A stretch of DNA of 64,000 nt from contig NC_045700.1 of the NCBI RefSeq assembly GCF_009834535.1, positions 48,856,001 to 48,920,000 on the forward strand. Direction: 5' to 3'. A model generated the notes under the pieces. That model was given only the letters and a program-made list of their open reading frames with translations. It did no database searches and had not been told where the DNA came from. The position numbers were made by a program, and so were the translations under genes. Source of the DNA: Camelus ferus. Its lineage: Eukaryota. Below are positions 9,951-21,894 of this stretch, piece by piece. Numbering within the stretch: the first letter of the stretch is position 1; the number at the start of each line of letters is the position of its first letter.

Positions 9951-10329
9951 AAGTAGGTAATGTTTCTCATTGGTCTTGACCTGATGAACAAAAAAGCTAA
10001 CAACAAACAATGGTGATACCTCCCACCCTCAAAGTTACCACTTCCCTTGAACAGATAAATTAGGGTCTGATAAGAAACTTTTCAAATGGGTGTCAGCACT
10101 TCACATTCAGAGTCTCAATCTCCTTGTTCTTAATTCCCTATTTCACCATTTCAGAATAAAGATGTAATTCTGAGTCTCTTTTCTTTTAAGATTCCAAAGT
10201 AAATGCTCTGTTCTGCTGAAGACAAGAGATATGGGTAACCAACTCACCCCTGTTTTCTGTCACCACATTCTGCCTGTTTTTCCTTTAAAATGTCTCCTGC
10301 CTGTTTTCCTTCTCCAGGGGGGTCAGGCT

Positions 10330-10980
10330 TTATCATCCCTCATTCAGCAATGCCATGGATGCCTTCCTGGCCTCCTTGCCCCCAGTTTCCTTCCTGGCCA
10401 ATCCATTTTAAAGCCCTGTCTTCATCATGTTGTTCCAGTTTTAAATTCCTGGTAGCTCCTGGTGCCAGTGGGAGAAACTCAAATGTCATTAGCCTGAGAC
10501 TCAAGTCCCTCAACTTCTATATCCACCCACATCAATTTCATATCATTGCCTGACACAAAAACTTCACCCCAGTTGGTGTGATCTGGTCATCTTTTCCCCA
10601 AGGAAATGTATGCTTTTCTGCCTCGGAACCACTTCTCATGCCATTCCTCTCTCGTAATCATCTCCCACCTTCTCTTTGCCCATCGTAAGTCATTCTTTAT
10701 AGCACAGCTCAAATCCTATCACCTCTGTGAAATCTTTTTGTACCATTCAAGTTTAAAGTGAGCTCCTCTGAGTTTCTGTAGCATCTATTGTTTGTCTGAC
10801 TCGTTCAGTACATACTATCTTGTGCCATTTTATGAGGTCTCTCTCTTCCTCTCACTTCCTCTCTCCTTCTCCCTCTGCCTGCATTGTCTCCCTCTTCCCT
10901 CATCTCTATACTGTTTGATGACATTGGACTGTAGTTTTAGTAGATGAAGCATGCAGCGCTACTCAGTAAGTGCCTTTGCT
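10330..10980 (+). mobile_element. L2 LINE remnant
   Basis: Pyrimidine-rich degenerate L2 3' text (CACAGCTCAAATCCTATCACCTCTGTGAAATCTT...CAGCGCTACTCAGTAAGTGC). Confidence 0.55.
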
Positions 10981-11384
10981 ACTGGGGGAAGAATACTATA
11001 ACCACTTGTTTGCTAAGTATTCTTTACATTTCATTATTTACAGTATAACACAAGCTATTCTTGACCACAGGATGAGATAAGAATAGGAGGCTAGCAGGTG
11101 AAGGAAGGAGAAGTATTGACTTCCCTACTTGGGCTTCAAGGCACATTCTTTTGATTGAACACATTGTAAACCAACAAAGGGTGTGAATCTTGTCTAAAAT
11201 GATCCCTTTCATCCTTACAGAATATAATTTATAATGTACTTCGGTTGTTGTTTGAGGCTTTCTAATATATTGCATTAGTTACTTGTTACAGTTATTTGAG
11301 TACCTATGGGAACAGAACCATTGGAGGAGGATTGTTGAAACCAAACAAGGTCTAGTGTGAGGTTTCTCAAGAAAGGTCTGGAAA

Positions 11385-11600
11385 CAATTAAATGTAGTGG
11401 TTACAAGAATGCACAGTGGAGGTAGACAGGCTTGAGGGCAAATATTGCAACAGATGACTCACTGTCACTCAGCTCCACCTTCCTTTCTTAAAAATGGGAA
11501 CTATAATGTCCTTACTTCATTGGCTTTTGAGAATAAATAGAGATAATACATGCAGATTGCTTAGCACAATGTCTGATGCTTAATAAACGCTCACTAATTA
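11385..11600 (+). mobile_element. MIR SINE
   Basis: GTAGTGGTTACAAG...AAAATGGGAACTATAAT...GATAATACATG...CTTAGCACAATGTCTG...TAATAAACGCTCA. Confidence 0.8.
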
Positions 11601-12466
11601 TTAATACAGGATGGATTATGAGAGTTGCAGGAGGCATCTTGAATGAAAAGATGCAGGCTAAGGGAGAGAAAAAAATTTATATATATAACAAATATTTATT
11701 AAGCTCCCAGGTGCCAAGCACAGATTGTTCACAACTAGAATTAGAGAGATATGGGGACAGGAACAAGAATTGCAGAGGATCAGGTTGGAGAGAGTAAGTA
11801 AAGGTTTACGGTTATCGATAAAATTAGGAAAGTTTGGAGGTATGTGATAGCAGACTAAAGTAAAATGGTAGTTAATGGGTACTTGATGAGAACAATGGCT
11901 GAGCACTCACTGAATTAAGTAAGAGCTCAGGACCTCAGAAGAAGCCTGGGGGAAACAAAGGACGAAAGGGGCATTAGACCATTAGACACTGCTTCCAGTT
12001 TTCTGGGTCATTCCAGGCAATGCACAAAACTTAAATCCATCACACTTCTGCTCAATTTTTCCCTATCCAAAGGACATGTGAATTCACATGCATGTTATTT
12101 TGAGGGTCAGGTGTCATAAATTAGAACGCAGTGATGATTTGCATGAGTTTCCTACACTTTGGCACCTCCCCATGTTGAATGAACCATCCTTAAAAACAGA
12201 CTGGTCCCTGTGTTCTGTTGACATCAAAGTTAAAATAGGATCAACATTATTTACTTTGTTGCTGCAGAAAGAAGAAATTCCTCTCTCTACCTACTCTGGC
12301 AGTAGGGAATTGTGAATTTTCTCAGCTGTGCATAAACCTGCAACTATTTTCAATGTGGGCTTATGAAAGTCTGCTCTTAAACTAAAATAACAACAACAAC
12401 AACAACAACAACAAAACAAAAAAATTTGCTGCAAAAAAACCACTTTGAGGTATTACATAAAGTCCT

Positions 12467-12494
12467 ATAGAAAGTATTTTATAGAAAGTATTTT
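12467..12494. repeat. Perfect 14-bp tandem duplication
   Basis: ATAGAAAGTATTTT twice. Confidence 0.9.
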
Positions 12495-13361
12495 ATTTTT
12501 CTTAAATGCCTATAACCTCATTGTCAAAATAATGTTAGTATTCAATTGCTTGTATGAGTTATTACCCTACCATATATAAATGTTTATATCTCCTCTTACA
12601 TTTGAAACCCGAGCTACATTTCAAATTCATGAACTGTGCTGGCTTTACTATAGGGGGCAAAAAAGAAATGATTAGGTTATGAAAAAATTGTAGAAAACAT
12701 AGATTCAATGTAAATAAATAAAATGATCCACAAAGGACAAATTAAAGCTATAATATTTCAAATTCAGACAAAGATAGCATACTATTTGTCACTAAAATCT
12801 TCAATTGACTTTAAAAGCAATTTAAACTTTCTTGGGTCAACCTGCCAAGGAGCCCAATTTATTCTTCTATTTTGACTGCAAATAAAAGCCCACATGACCA
12901 GAATAATCTATTTTTCTAGCAGCGTATGGTTCCTTTGCAAACTTCAAAAACAGCTGTGTTTTTGTCTCTGAAGATGCTTTGGAATTTGCCACATGGTGAC
13001 ACTATCCAGGAACTGTCCAAGTCCACTTTTATTGAAAGTTTGTGATTTTTGCCTTGGCCCTTGATTTTGAAAATGTATATATTTTATAAGAAAATATTAC
13101 AGGTTTCTTACCTCATCCCATATAAACACATATTTTACATTTTAGTTACATATAATTACATACATACTTAAAATATGTAACATAAGTTACATATTTTATT
13201 ACACCAATGAACTGAATGAACTTCATTCTGAATGATCAAGGATAATAAAGGTACTGCTTTATACCTGTCCCTAACTCAGTATGTAACACAAGGACAAAGA
13301 CAAGCTAGCCCCAGGTTATTTGTAAATAGCTTCATATTTTCCAATTCCAAATTCTTTCAAT

Positions 13362-13407
13362 TTTAGTTATAAAACATAATTATTATTTAGTTATAAAACA
13401 TAATTAT
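13362..13407. repeat. Tandem duplication, 24-nt period, 22 nt identical
   Basis: TTTAGTTATAAAACATAATTAT at 13362-13383 and 13386-13407. Confidence 0.93.
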
Positions 13408-14617
13408 CACTCAGGACAAACAGAGTTAACTTAAAGCTTTCTCAATTAAGATTATGCAGTATTAGGGGCAGCTTAATAAAACTCAAAAACACATTTGGCT
13501 AGAAAATCCAAAGTTTTAAATATTTTCTCCCCGTAATGTCAGAAGGCTCTTTTAGAGGCTGCTCTCTTAGTGAAGAAGAAACAGTTTTCTGTTAGTTTTA
13601 TCTGTTTCCCTCTTTTGTTAAATTTAATATTTTTACTTAGAAAATAATATGCATGGTATGTAGCCAGTTTTATAAAATTATTTCTGTGTACCAAACTCCC
13701 TCTCCATGTGTTCATCTATGATTCCTCATATCTATGTATATAGAGAGATGTTAATGTTAATGACTATTTCTACATAGTAGAATTTTGTTTTGTTTTCTTT
13801 GTAGTACATTTCTATATTGCTTAAAATTTTCAAATAATGAATCATTAAATGTAGAGATAATAAAGTCATTACTTTAAAATATATGAAAAAGGGAAAAATG
13901 CATTTAGTAGCCACAGTCTTTGCATTTATTTTTGCCAGTGGAAGACCCCAGAGGAATTAGATAATGCATCTCATGTGCCAATTCCTGAATAATTAAATAA
14001 NNNNNNNNNNNNNNNNNNNNNNNNNNNNNNNNNNNNNNNNNNNNNNNNNNNNNNNNNNNNNNNNNNNNNNNNNNNNNNNNNNNNNNNNNNNNNNNNNNNN
14101 NNNNNNNNNNNNNNNNNNNNNNNNNNNNNNNNNNNNNNNNNNNNNNNNTTGATAAAAGCAGAATTCATGATTAGCAAAAAGATAAGAATACCTTTCGCTT
14201 AAATAAAATGGAGACCCAAGAAATATAGAAAACTATTCTTCCAATTATCATTTTTCCATACTTTTAAAGCAAAACTAAGTAAGTGCTGCTTCTGAGGTTA
14301 AAAACTAGTTTATAAAGATACAAGCAAACTTTTTATAAAAATGCACATTCTCAGTTACCTTTACATTTTTCTGCAGAGCCACAGCAAAACAGTCTTTAAT
14401 TTCTTTCTTGCATTTCTGTTGCAGAAAGACAAAATTTCACAGTGATCTGTGAGATAAACACACAAAAGAAGAAGTCTAGTTAAGCCTCTAGGAGGATAGT
14501 TAAGAGTTAGATATCCATGATGAGAAATGCTAATTCTTTCACTGGTTTTATTTCAAAGTTGGTTTATTTCGTTAGCAACTTGTTACCTCTAAGTATGTGT
14601 GACTAAACTTAAAATAC

Positions 14618-14643
14618 ATATATATATATATATATATATATAT
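14618..14643. repeat. (TA)n microsatellite
   Basis: Directly visible. Confidence 0.95.
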
Positions 14644-14709
14644 GTTTTCTAACTGTGTTAGGTAATCTTCATTTGTCTGAAATCATTAAAATTCTATGGA
14701 GCATCTATG

Positions 14710-14990
14710 GTACTGTCGTTTGGTTGTTTGGGGTTGCCCAGTATCCCCTCCTTCTTCCTCTAAGAGTCCTTCACGTTTTCTGTAGGGAGAGGAATAACTG
14801 ATTCTTGAGCCCATGGAGGTGATGCCAGCCCTGGGCATGAGCTTGACTTACATTCAGGGTGTCCTTGGCTGCCTGTGGAGCCACCTCCAAGCCTAGTTCC
14901 ACGGCCCTCCTGGAGATAACTAGAGTTAATCTTTTTATTTGTTTTTTGTTTAAACAAGCTTGAACGGGTGCATTGTTTGTCTCTAGGACC
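14710..14990 (+). mobile_element. Old MaLR LTR fragment (MLT1-like)
   Basis: CCCAGTATCCCCTCCTTC start-like motif and TTGTTTAAACAAGCTTGAA end-like motif; highly degenerate. Confidence 0.45.
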
Positions 14991-16344
14991 CCTGTGTGAT
15001 GCACTGCCCTCAAGGAACTTATAAACTCAGTAGTAAAGGAAATCAGACAAGTCTAAAAATAGCGTTAAGTGCTTTAGAGGAGCTTGACATGCTTTGGACT
15101 GTGTCTACACAGCACAAAATGAAGTGGCCGTCGGGCACGCATCCAGTTGCTTTAACAAATTTGGCAGCCCACTGAATACATAAGGCTGCAACGTTGAGCA
15201 TGAGTACTGTGGAGAAGGGGATCCTACAGCTTCCACTGGGAACTGGTTGGGAGCTGCTTCACAGACTCAGGCAATGGAGAAGTAGGGTAGGTAATTCTTT
15301 TGGTTCCTAAAAAGTTTTTCAGCTCAAAGGGAATTTTGGACTAAATGATGACAAAGATCCCATTATCAGTCACTTCTTGATTGCTTTCTTAGTTTGATTA
15401 ATTTTAACTCCTTCTGTTTCCAAACCCTTCTGTGCTCCACCCTGCACTCTGCACATCTTCCTTGTAGAGCAATTGCTGCTTATTGCAGTGACCTGCCTCC
15501 ATGTGTCTCTTCTCCAGGGCAGGAGCTGTAATATGTGCACCTTCCTACCTCTGGATTCTCCACCATATCTGTTTTTTTGCTGTGTTTAGTGGTATGCTGA
15601 TTTTATCTACCATAATTACTGAAGAGTTTTTTTTTTCCCCCCAGAGAATTGTATATGTCCCATGTGCCCCACTCTGATCCTTTAAGAAAGTGCTGCCTCC
15701 CATGCCTGGGTTAGAATGATAAAGTAAGAGAAGTTTGTGTCTGTATCTTCTTTTTCTGAGGCTCCTTCTGCCATTACTCTCTGTAGGTCTACCCCTACCT
15801 TCCAGTCTGTAGTGGATTAAGTCAGCTCTGAAGCACTAACTGGCAATGTTCTGTCTTAAACTGGTTACACAGGTTGTCTCTTATGGTTGTTTTTTAAACT
15901 GTGCCCAAAAGTTCAATGCACCCTTCTGCATGTATGCTATACTTCACAATCAAAATAAGCGAGATAATGCATGTTAAGAACATGTGTCTACCACTCCATG
16001 TACTGGGTTTCCCTCTGAATGAGACAGGAGACTGTTTTAATATGTTGAAAGCTTCTTCTAGAGGCAAGAATGAGACACAGGGTACTGAATACTGAGATGA
16101 CATGCAAAGCAGTGTTGTGAGACGGATTAGATGAGATGAGGCGGAAGTCAGCCGGGCCATTTCAGGCTTCATTTCAATAGCCTTGATGAGAGATGTTGAA
16201 GGCTTGAGGCAAAGAAGAAGACAGATAAACATAAAACAGACACTTTGGAGGAAAAATGAGAAGGTGTTAGTGACTGATGCAAAAGAAGGGAGATAAGACC
16301 AGATACAGACCTTAGAGCTCTAGGAATAGAAATGACTAAAAAAA

Positions 16345-16670
16345 ATGTTTTTATCATGATAAAATATACATAAATTAAAATTTACCATTTTACCCAATTT
16401 AAAAAGTACAACTCAGTGGTGTGAAGTACATTCATGTTGTTGTGCAATCATCCTCACTTTCCATCAGCAGAAATTTTTCATCATCCCAAACTGAAACTTT
16501 GTACCCACTGAAAACTAACGCCCCATTACCCCTCCCCTCAGCCCCTGGTAACATCCACTCTTCTTTCTGTCTCTGTGAATTTGCCTATTCTAGGTACCTC
16601 ACATAAGTAGAATCATGTAATATTTGTCCACTTGTGTCTGGCTTATTTAACTAGCATAATGTTTTCAAAA
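16345..16670 (-). mobile_element. L1 3' end fragment (L1MB-like)
   Basis: Typical antisense L1 3'UTR text (AATTTACCATTTT...CCCCTCAGCCCCTGGTAAC...TTATTTAACTAGCATAATGTTTTCAA). Confidence 0.85.
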
Positions 16671-16850
16671 CAAATGATTTTTGCTGTCTCTCACCTCCAC
16701 TAGAAGTCACATAAGATAAAATGGTATTTTTCAAAATGATATCAATTATATATACACTTGAATTAAAAAGCATATTTCTGGGTTTTCTGATTGCAAACTT
16801 TTGGATAATTGAAGTCAAATTTTTCTCTCTGTGTCTGGTGTGTAAGTGCT

Positions 16851-16856
<6 letters not shown>

Positions 16857-16882
<26 letters not shown>
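16857..16882. repeat. (TG)n microsatellite
   Basis: Directly visible. Confidence 0.95.
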
Positions 16883-17100
16883 AAGGGGTACCCTCTGCTC
16901 ACTACTGGGTGCTCCTCTACTGCTCAAGAGGACTCCCAACACCTGGAGATGCTACATGTTCAAATCTTTCTCAAATTCTCCCCAGATTCAAATGTATCTG
17001 CCCTGTCTCCTATTCCCTTTGGGCTCTGTTCTCTGCTAATAAGTCAAGGAGAGTAACAGCAAGTTGGTAGGCATTTCCCAGATTAAATATTTACATTTTA

Positions 17101-17284
17101 TCAACAACAAGGTCCTACTGTATAGTACAGAGGACTATATTCAGTATCTTGCAATAACCTATATTGAAAAAGAATATGAAAAGGAATATATATATGTATA
17201 ACTGAATCACTATGCTGTACACCAGAAATTGCACAACATTGTAAACTGACTATACTTTAATTGAAAAAAAAAGAGCAAAAAAAT
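17101..17284 (+). mobile_element. 5'-truncated artiodactyl-type L1 3' end with TSD
   Basis: AACAACAAGGTCCTACTGTATAGTACAG...GTATAACTGAATCACTATGCTGTACACCAGAAA...A-tail; TTTACATTTTA at 17090-17100 and 17285-17295; TT|AAA endonuclease site. Confidence 0.9.
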
Positions 17285-17599
17285 TTTACATTTTAACTAG
17301 GGATTTTTTTTTTTTCAATAGGTACTAATGCGTCGTCCTGGAGACACTCTGGAAATGGAAACATCAGGAGAACAGCAAGCTGATGGAAGAAGAGGTGAGA
17401 CTGGTGTGGCCAGGGCAGGCGTGGGGCTCTTCCAAATCTCCCGTGCAGGTGAGCACCCAGGATGGCTGCATGGCCCCAGCACAGCCCACTAAACGTGGAA
17501 GTGTTTTAGGTGGCATGAGGCAGGGGTGGAGGAGGAGCTTCTCACAGCACAGATCCTAACTCTTTGGGCTGGAAAGAGCCTTAGTGATTGCCTAGTCCA

Positions 17600-17920
17600 G
17601 TCCCAGAACATGGGCTTGGAAATCAGAGGGCCTGGGTTCGAATCCGGGCACCACTCCTTACTGTTTAACCTTGGGCATGTCATTTGACCTCTTCTATGCT
17701 CCAGTTGCCTGATGGGGAAATAAACAAAATGGTATCTAACTCATAAGATTATCTTAAGGATTAGATAAAGGCAATATATTAAAAAGTATCTTAAGGATGG
17801 TTTTTGGTATATAGTAAGCACTAAATCTATGTTAGCCATTCTTCACTTTACTCTTGAGAAAGACGGAGGCCCAGAGATATTGCACTGGTGGCACAGTGTA
17901 GAGCCAGGGTTGGAGCACAG
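17600..17920. mobile_element. Two adjacent MIR fragments (plus 17600-17840, minus 17840-17920)
   Basis: CCTGGGTTCGAATCC...ACCTTGGGCATGTCATTTGACCTC core; then GAGGCCCAGAGA...GAGCCAGGGTTGGA. Confidence 0.75.
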
Positions 17921-18241
17921 AAATGGGAACCTTTATGTGGCCATGAGCTCTCTGGGTTGTTTTCTTTCTTTCTTTTTTTCAATTGAAGTATAGTTGATTT
18001 GCAATATTATATGAGTTTCAAGTGTCCAGCAGAGTGATATTTTTACATCTCTGGGTTTCTTGAAGCTGGGAGGACGGAGGAGAATACCAGGTCATAGTCA
18101 AGCATCTTGCACTCCAGGTCTGAGGGAGAAAATGTAACCTAATGCCCAAGGCACTACATTTTATGTTCTCACAATAGAAAAGAAGGCAGAGCATGGGAGG
18201 GGCTGCCTGATGCTGGAGGGGCTAACTGCCAGTGAGCCTCC

Positions 18242-18244
<3 letters not shown>

Positions 18245-18277
<33 letters not shown>
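18245..18277. repeat. (AC)n microsatellite
   Basis: Directly visible. Confidence 0.95.
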
Positions 18278-18278
<1 letters not shown>

Positions 18279-18370
18279 CCCTACCTGTCATTTCACCATT
18301 TTTTTTTTTTTAAGTGAGAGATTCTGGTCAAGTATAAATGCCCCTCAAGAGGGGTTATGTATTAACCTCC

Positions 18371-18870
18371 TGTATTAGTTATCAACTGGGGTATAACAAA
18401 TCACCCCAAAACTTAGTGGCTTAAAACAACAGGAATCACTCACTAAACCTCCCAGTTTCTGGGGGTCAGGAATTCTGGAGTGGAGTGCAGTGGAGTGGCT
18501 GAGTGGTTCTGGCTTCAGGACCTCTCACGGGGTTACGGCCAGACGTCAGCTGGGCTGCATCAGTCTGAGGGCCTGACCGGGCCTGAGGAGTCACTCCCAG
18601 CGTGACTGGCAGCTCAGTCCTCTCTTGCGGGCCTCTCTGTCGGGCTGCTTGAGTGGCCTCCTGACATGGCTACCCGCTCCCTCCCAAATAAGCAATCCAA
18701 GAAGCCAAGGCAGCCCTTCTGATCTAGCCCCTGAGCTGACACACTTGACTTCGGAATGTTCTATCAGCCTTACAGGCAGCTCGTCTCTGGGTGGAAGGGG
18801 ACTAACAGGGTGTGAAGACCAGGAGGTGAAGGTCTCGGAAGCTGGTTCCATGCCCATCTTCAGCTCCAAT
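18371..18870 (-). mobile_element. MaLR LTR (MLT1 family)
   Basis: TGTATTAGTTATC...ATAACAAATCACCCCAAAACTTAGTGGCTTAAAACAACA, the typical antisense MLT1 terminus. Confidence 0.88.
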
Positions 18871-19683
18871 CCTAGTTGTGAGTTAACCCAGGAGTAGGAA
18901 AAACATGGAGGGAAAGATGGGGTCTGGAGGGAGGCCTCACACTGGGCCTGATGGAGGAGGCAGGAAGTCAGGAAAGTGAGCTTTAATCACCGTTCTCTGC
19001 CAGAACACAGGGCCCGCAAGGCAGCCAGAATCAGGAAGGTGCAGCCCGTGAAGGAAGTGACAGGCCTCAGAAACACACTTGTGCCTGAAAAATATCGATA
19101 CAATGATTCCTCTTTGAAGCAAAGTGGGTGCAACTTTGAAGCTTTTGACAAATGTCCTGGTAATCACTGTCACCTGGCTGGCTAGTAGTTTAGATAGCTG
19201 CTGTTGCTCCTGCCAATTTAAGGTGTGTGACTGCAAGTCGGTCTCTCCACGTCTTACTGTCTCCATCTCTAGAATTGGTTTGACAATGTTAATTCACTGG
19301 TGGTTGTTTTGAAGGACAGGTTTATCATTACCAATACACAGTATATTTATTTTTGTGTCATCATTTTGCTTTAAAATGTTCATTAGTCTGTTTAAAAGAT
19401 AGCACAAAGATCCTCATAGATGCATTAATCAACACATTTACTTTCTCATTTTTCTTTTAATTTTAGTTTTCAAATATACCCGAAGGCTACATCCATTACA
19501 GGGTAATGGACTGCAAAATCTTATTTAATTGCAATGAACATATTTACTGGAGTTACAGAAAAGAAAAAATATGTAATTCTGTCAACCTCTATAATGTAAA
19601 GGAATCAAAACCACCTCTGGCAATGAGTAAGAGAGTACTTCCCCGTGTCTTCCCTCTTACTCCCCTCTCTCCTCATTCATTCT

Positions 19684-19816
19684 ATTATTTTATTTTTTAA
19701 GGAGGAGGTAATTAGGTTTACTTATTTATTTACTTTCAGAGGAGGTGCTGGGGATTGAACCCAGGGCCTCATGCATGCTAATCATGTGCTCCACCGCTTG
19801 AGCTGTACTCTTCCCC
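19684..19816 (-). mobile_element. tRNA-Ala-derived camelid SINE (Vic-1 type), older copy
   Basis: Reverse complement reads GGGGAAGAGTACAGCTCAAGCGGTGGAGCACATGATTAGCATGCATGAGGCCCTGGGTTCAATCCCAGCACCTCC, then an AAACCTAATTACCTCC tail and an A-rich end. Confidence 0.88.
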
Positions 19817-21164
19817 CTTCTCCTTGTTCACTTTACACCACCGACCTTGAGACCCTGGGCCAGAGCATCTTCTACACTCAGAAGGCCCTGGACACCCGGG
19901 GGCTCAGAACTCTTGGGAGATGGATGCAACTACCAGGCTCCTCATTTGATTCTGATATAGGGCTTTAGGGTGACTCACCACCAGCAATTTTCCAGAGCCT
20001 TCCTGCTCTGTAGACTGAAAATGCTCAACAGATCTATTGTTCAAGGGGCCCTTGGGTCATGAGCAGTCCCACCAGCTATGAGTTTTCTGGTGCATTCCCT
20101 ATTCACCTCAAAGGCAGTATGAGCATTTTTCAAGGTGACTAACTATGGCCTTGCACCAACAATCTTATTTATGATTCCTGAATTATAAAATATTTTATTG
20201 GAAGACTTCCCCCACAAATTTCAAACTGATAATTTAAAATAGACAAAACACACAAGTTCAAACATACTTAATACACTCAAATTTTTCTAGCAGATCCTGG
20301 TACCATTACATGTACAATTATATTTAATTCACTCTAAGATGATTACTTCAGACTGGATTTGCCTGCTGTCTATTTCTGGTTCCTCGGGGATCCTGTGAAA
20401 AATCCAAGGAAACTTCTTGCTGATTAGACTGCAACATATGGCCCACACATGTGATTAGTATTCCTCCAAGGAAAAATGCAAAGGATTATATTTAGAATAT
20501 GGGGTATGTGTTTGGTGGTTCTGGGTGACCCAGGGGATTATTAGATTCTTCATGTGGAATTTTCTGTAGTTAAAAGATGAGTCCAGAGTTCTGCCTGGTG
20601 TGGACATTGGAGCTCATCTGAGTTTTCTCAGGTGTGAGACCTGCTGTATTTTCACTATTGTGTAGTTTCTTGGAAGCTTTTTCTATGGCTCTTCAGAGAT
20701 TTTCTGAGTTTCAGGGTCTCTACCACATATTTTAGAGGAGTCTTTTGACACAGATACTCTCTGAAGTAAAAATCAATAATTTGTGAACAATGTTATTGGC
20801 CCCCCCAATAAAATGCACTAAGACTATAATAGCATTGCCAGTTTTGCACCTACCTTAAATGAAATCATTCTAAATTTCATTTTACCTTTTTGTTCTGAGG
20901 TTTCACCACAACTGTGTTTTACCATGTATTTGTGGGACTAGAGAATGGGGCATGCTTTCTGATGAAATTCTGATGCTCGTGTTGTGGTCCTGGGAGGCCA
21001 CACACTGATAAGTCAGGACTACTTGCTGCCCTGGTCCAAGGCCTTGGCTCAAGGGACTGTCTGAGATGCTCCACAGTCCCTTCTCCATCTTTTGGGAGGA
21101 TGTCATGTACTGCAATCTGCACTCCTTGTTTTGTATGTACCCAACCTAAGCCACTAAAGTCCTG

Positions 21165-21890
21165 AAGAATATACATGCTTCCAGCTGCCTGTACTTGGCT
21201 TTTCCACCTGAATATCCTGCTCTCAACTCAGCATCAAAACCCCTGCCCAAAATACCCCTCAGGACTGGAATGTTCCCCTTCCCAACTACCCCACTGCTGT
21301 CACTGTAGTGACGCCTATTTCTCTCCACTTCCCCTCAGTCAGAAGGGAACTCTCGGGAAGTACAATTTACTTCATGGCCTTACACTAATGTCTGAGTCCC
21401 TTTCTTCATTTTTCTCTTCAAGTGTTTGGATTCACTTACCATATTCTTCTCCTTTGACATCACATGGGAAACTTTGATTACAGCTATTTTCCATGAGGCC
21501 TGTGTCCTTCCCTTAAGGGAAGTTTAGCCTTAATCCTGCCACCTGTGATTCTTCATGAACCATCTCCCTTTCTCTCTCAATCGTGCTGCTGCCTTGGGCT
21601 CTAGGCAAACGACAGAAAGCTTAGCTATTTTACCGTGCTCTCAAGGGCTGCCTCTAATAAGAATGTCCTTAACTCATCTGGCCTGATTTTCCATTACTGC
21701 CAAAAACCCTTTCACTTCAGTCAGGTTAATTTCCTCCTGTCTTTTGTGCATATTAAGCTCTTGCTTGCTTCTGTTGTTTTTCAGGCATTTTTTTCCTTCC
21801 TGAAATACTCTTTTTCCTATCTTCAGTTCTCCATATTCAGACCTCTGAGAACCCTACCTCACAGTAGCTTCATCTTTTCCTGCTCTTAAA
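21165..21890 (+). mobile_element. L2 LINE remnant
   Basis: TCCAGCTGCCTGTACTTGGC...CCACCTGAATATCC...TCAACTCAGCAT motif typical of L2. Confidence 0.5.
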
Positions 21891-21894
21891 ATTA

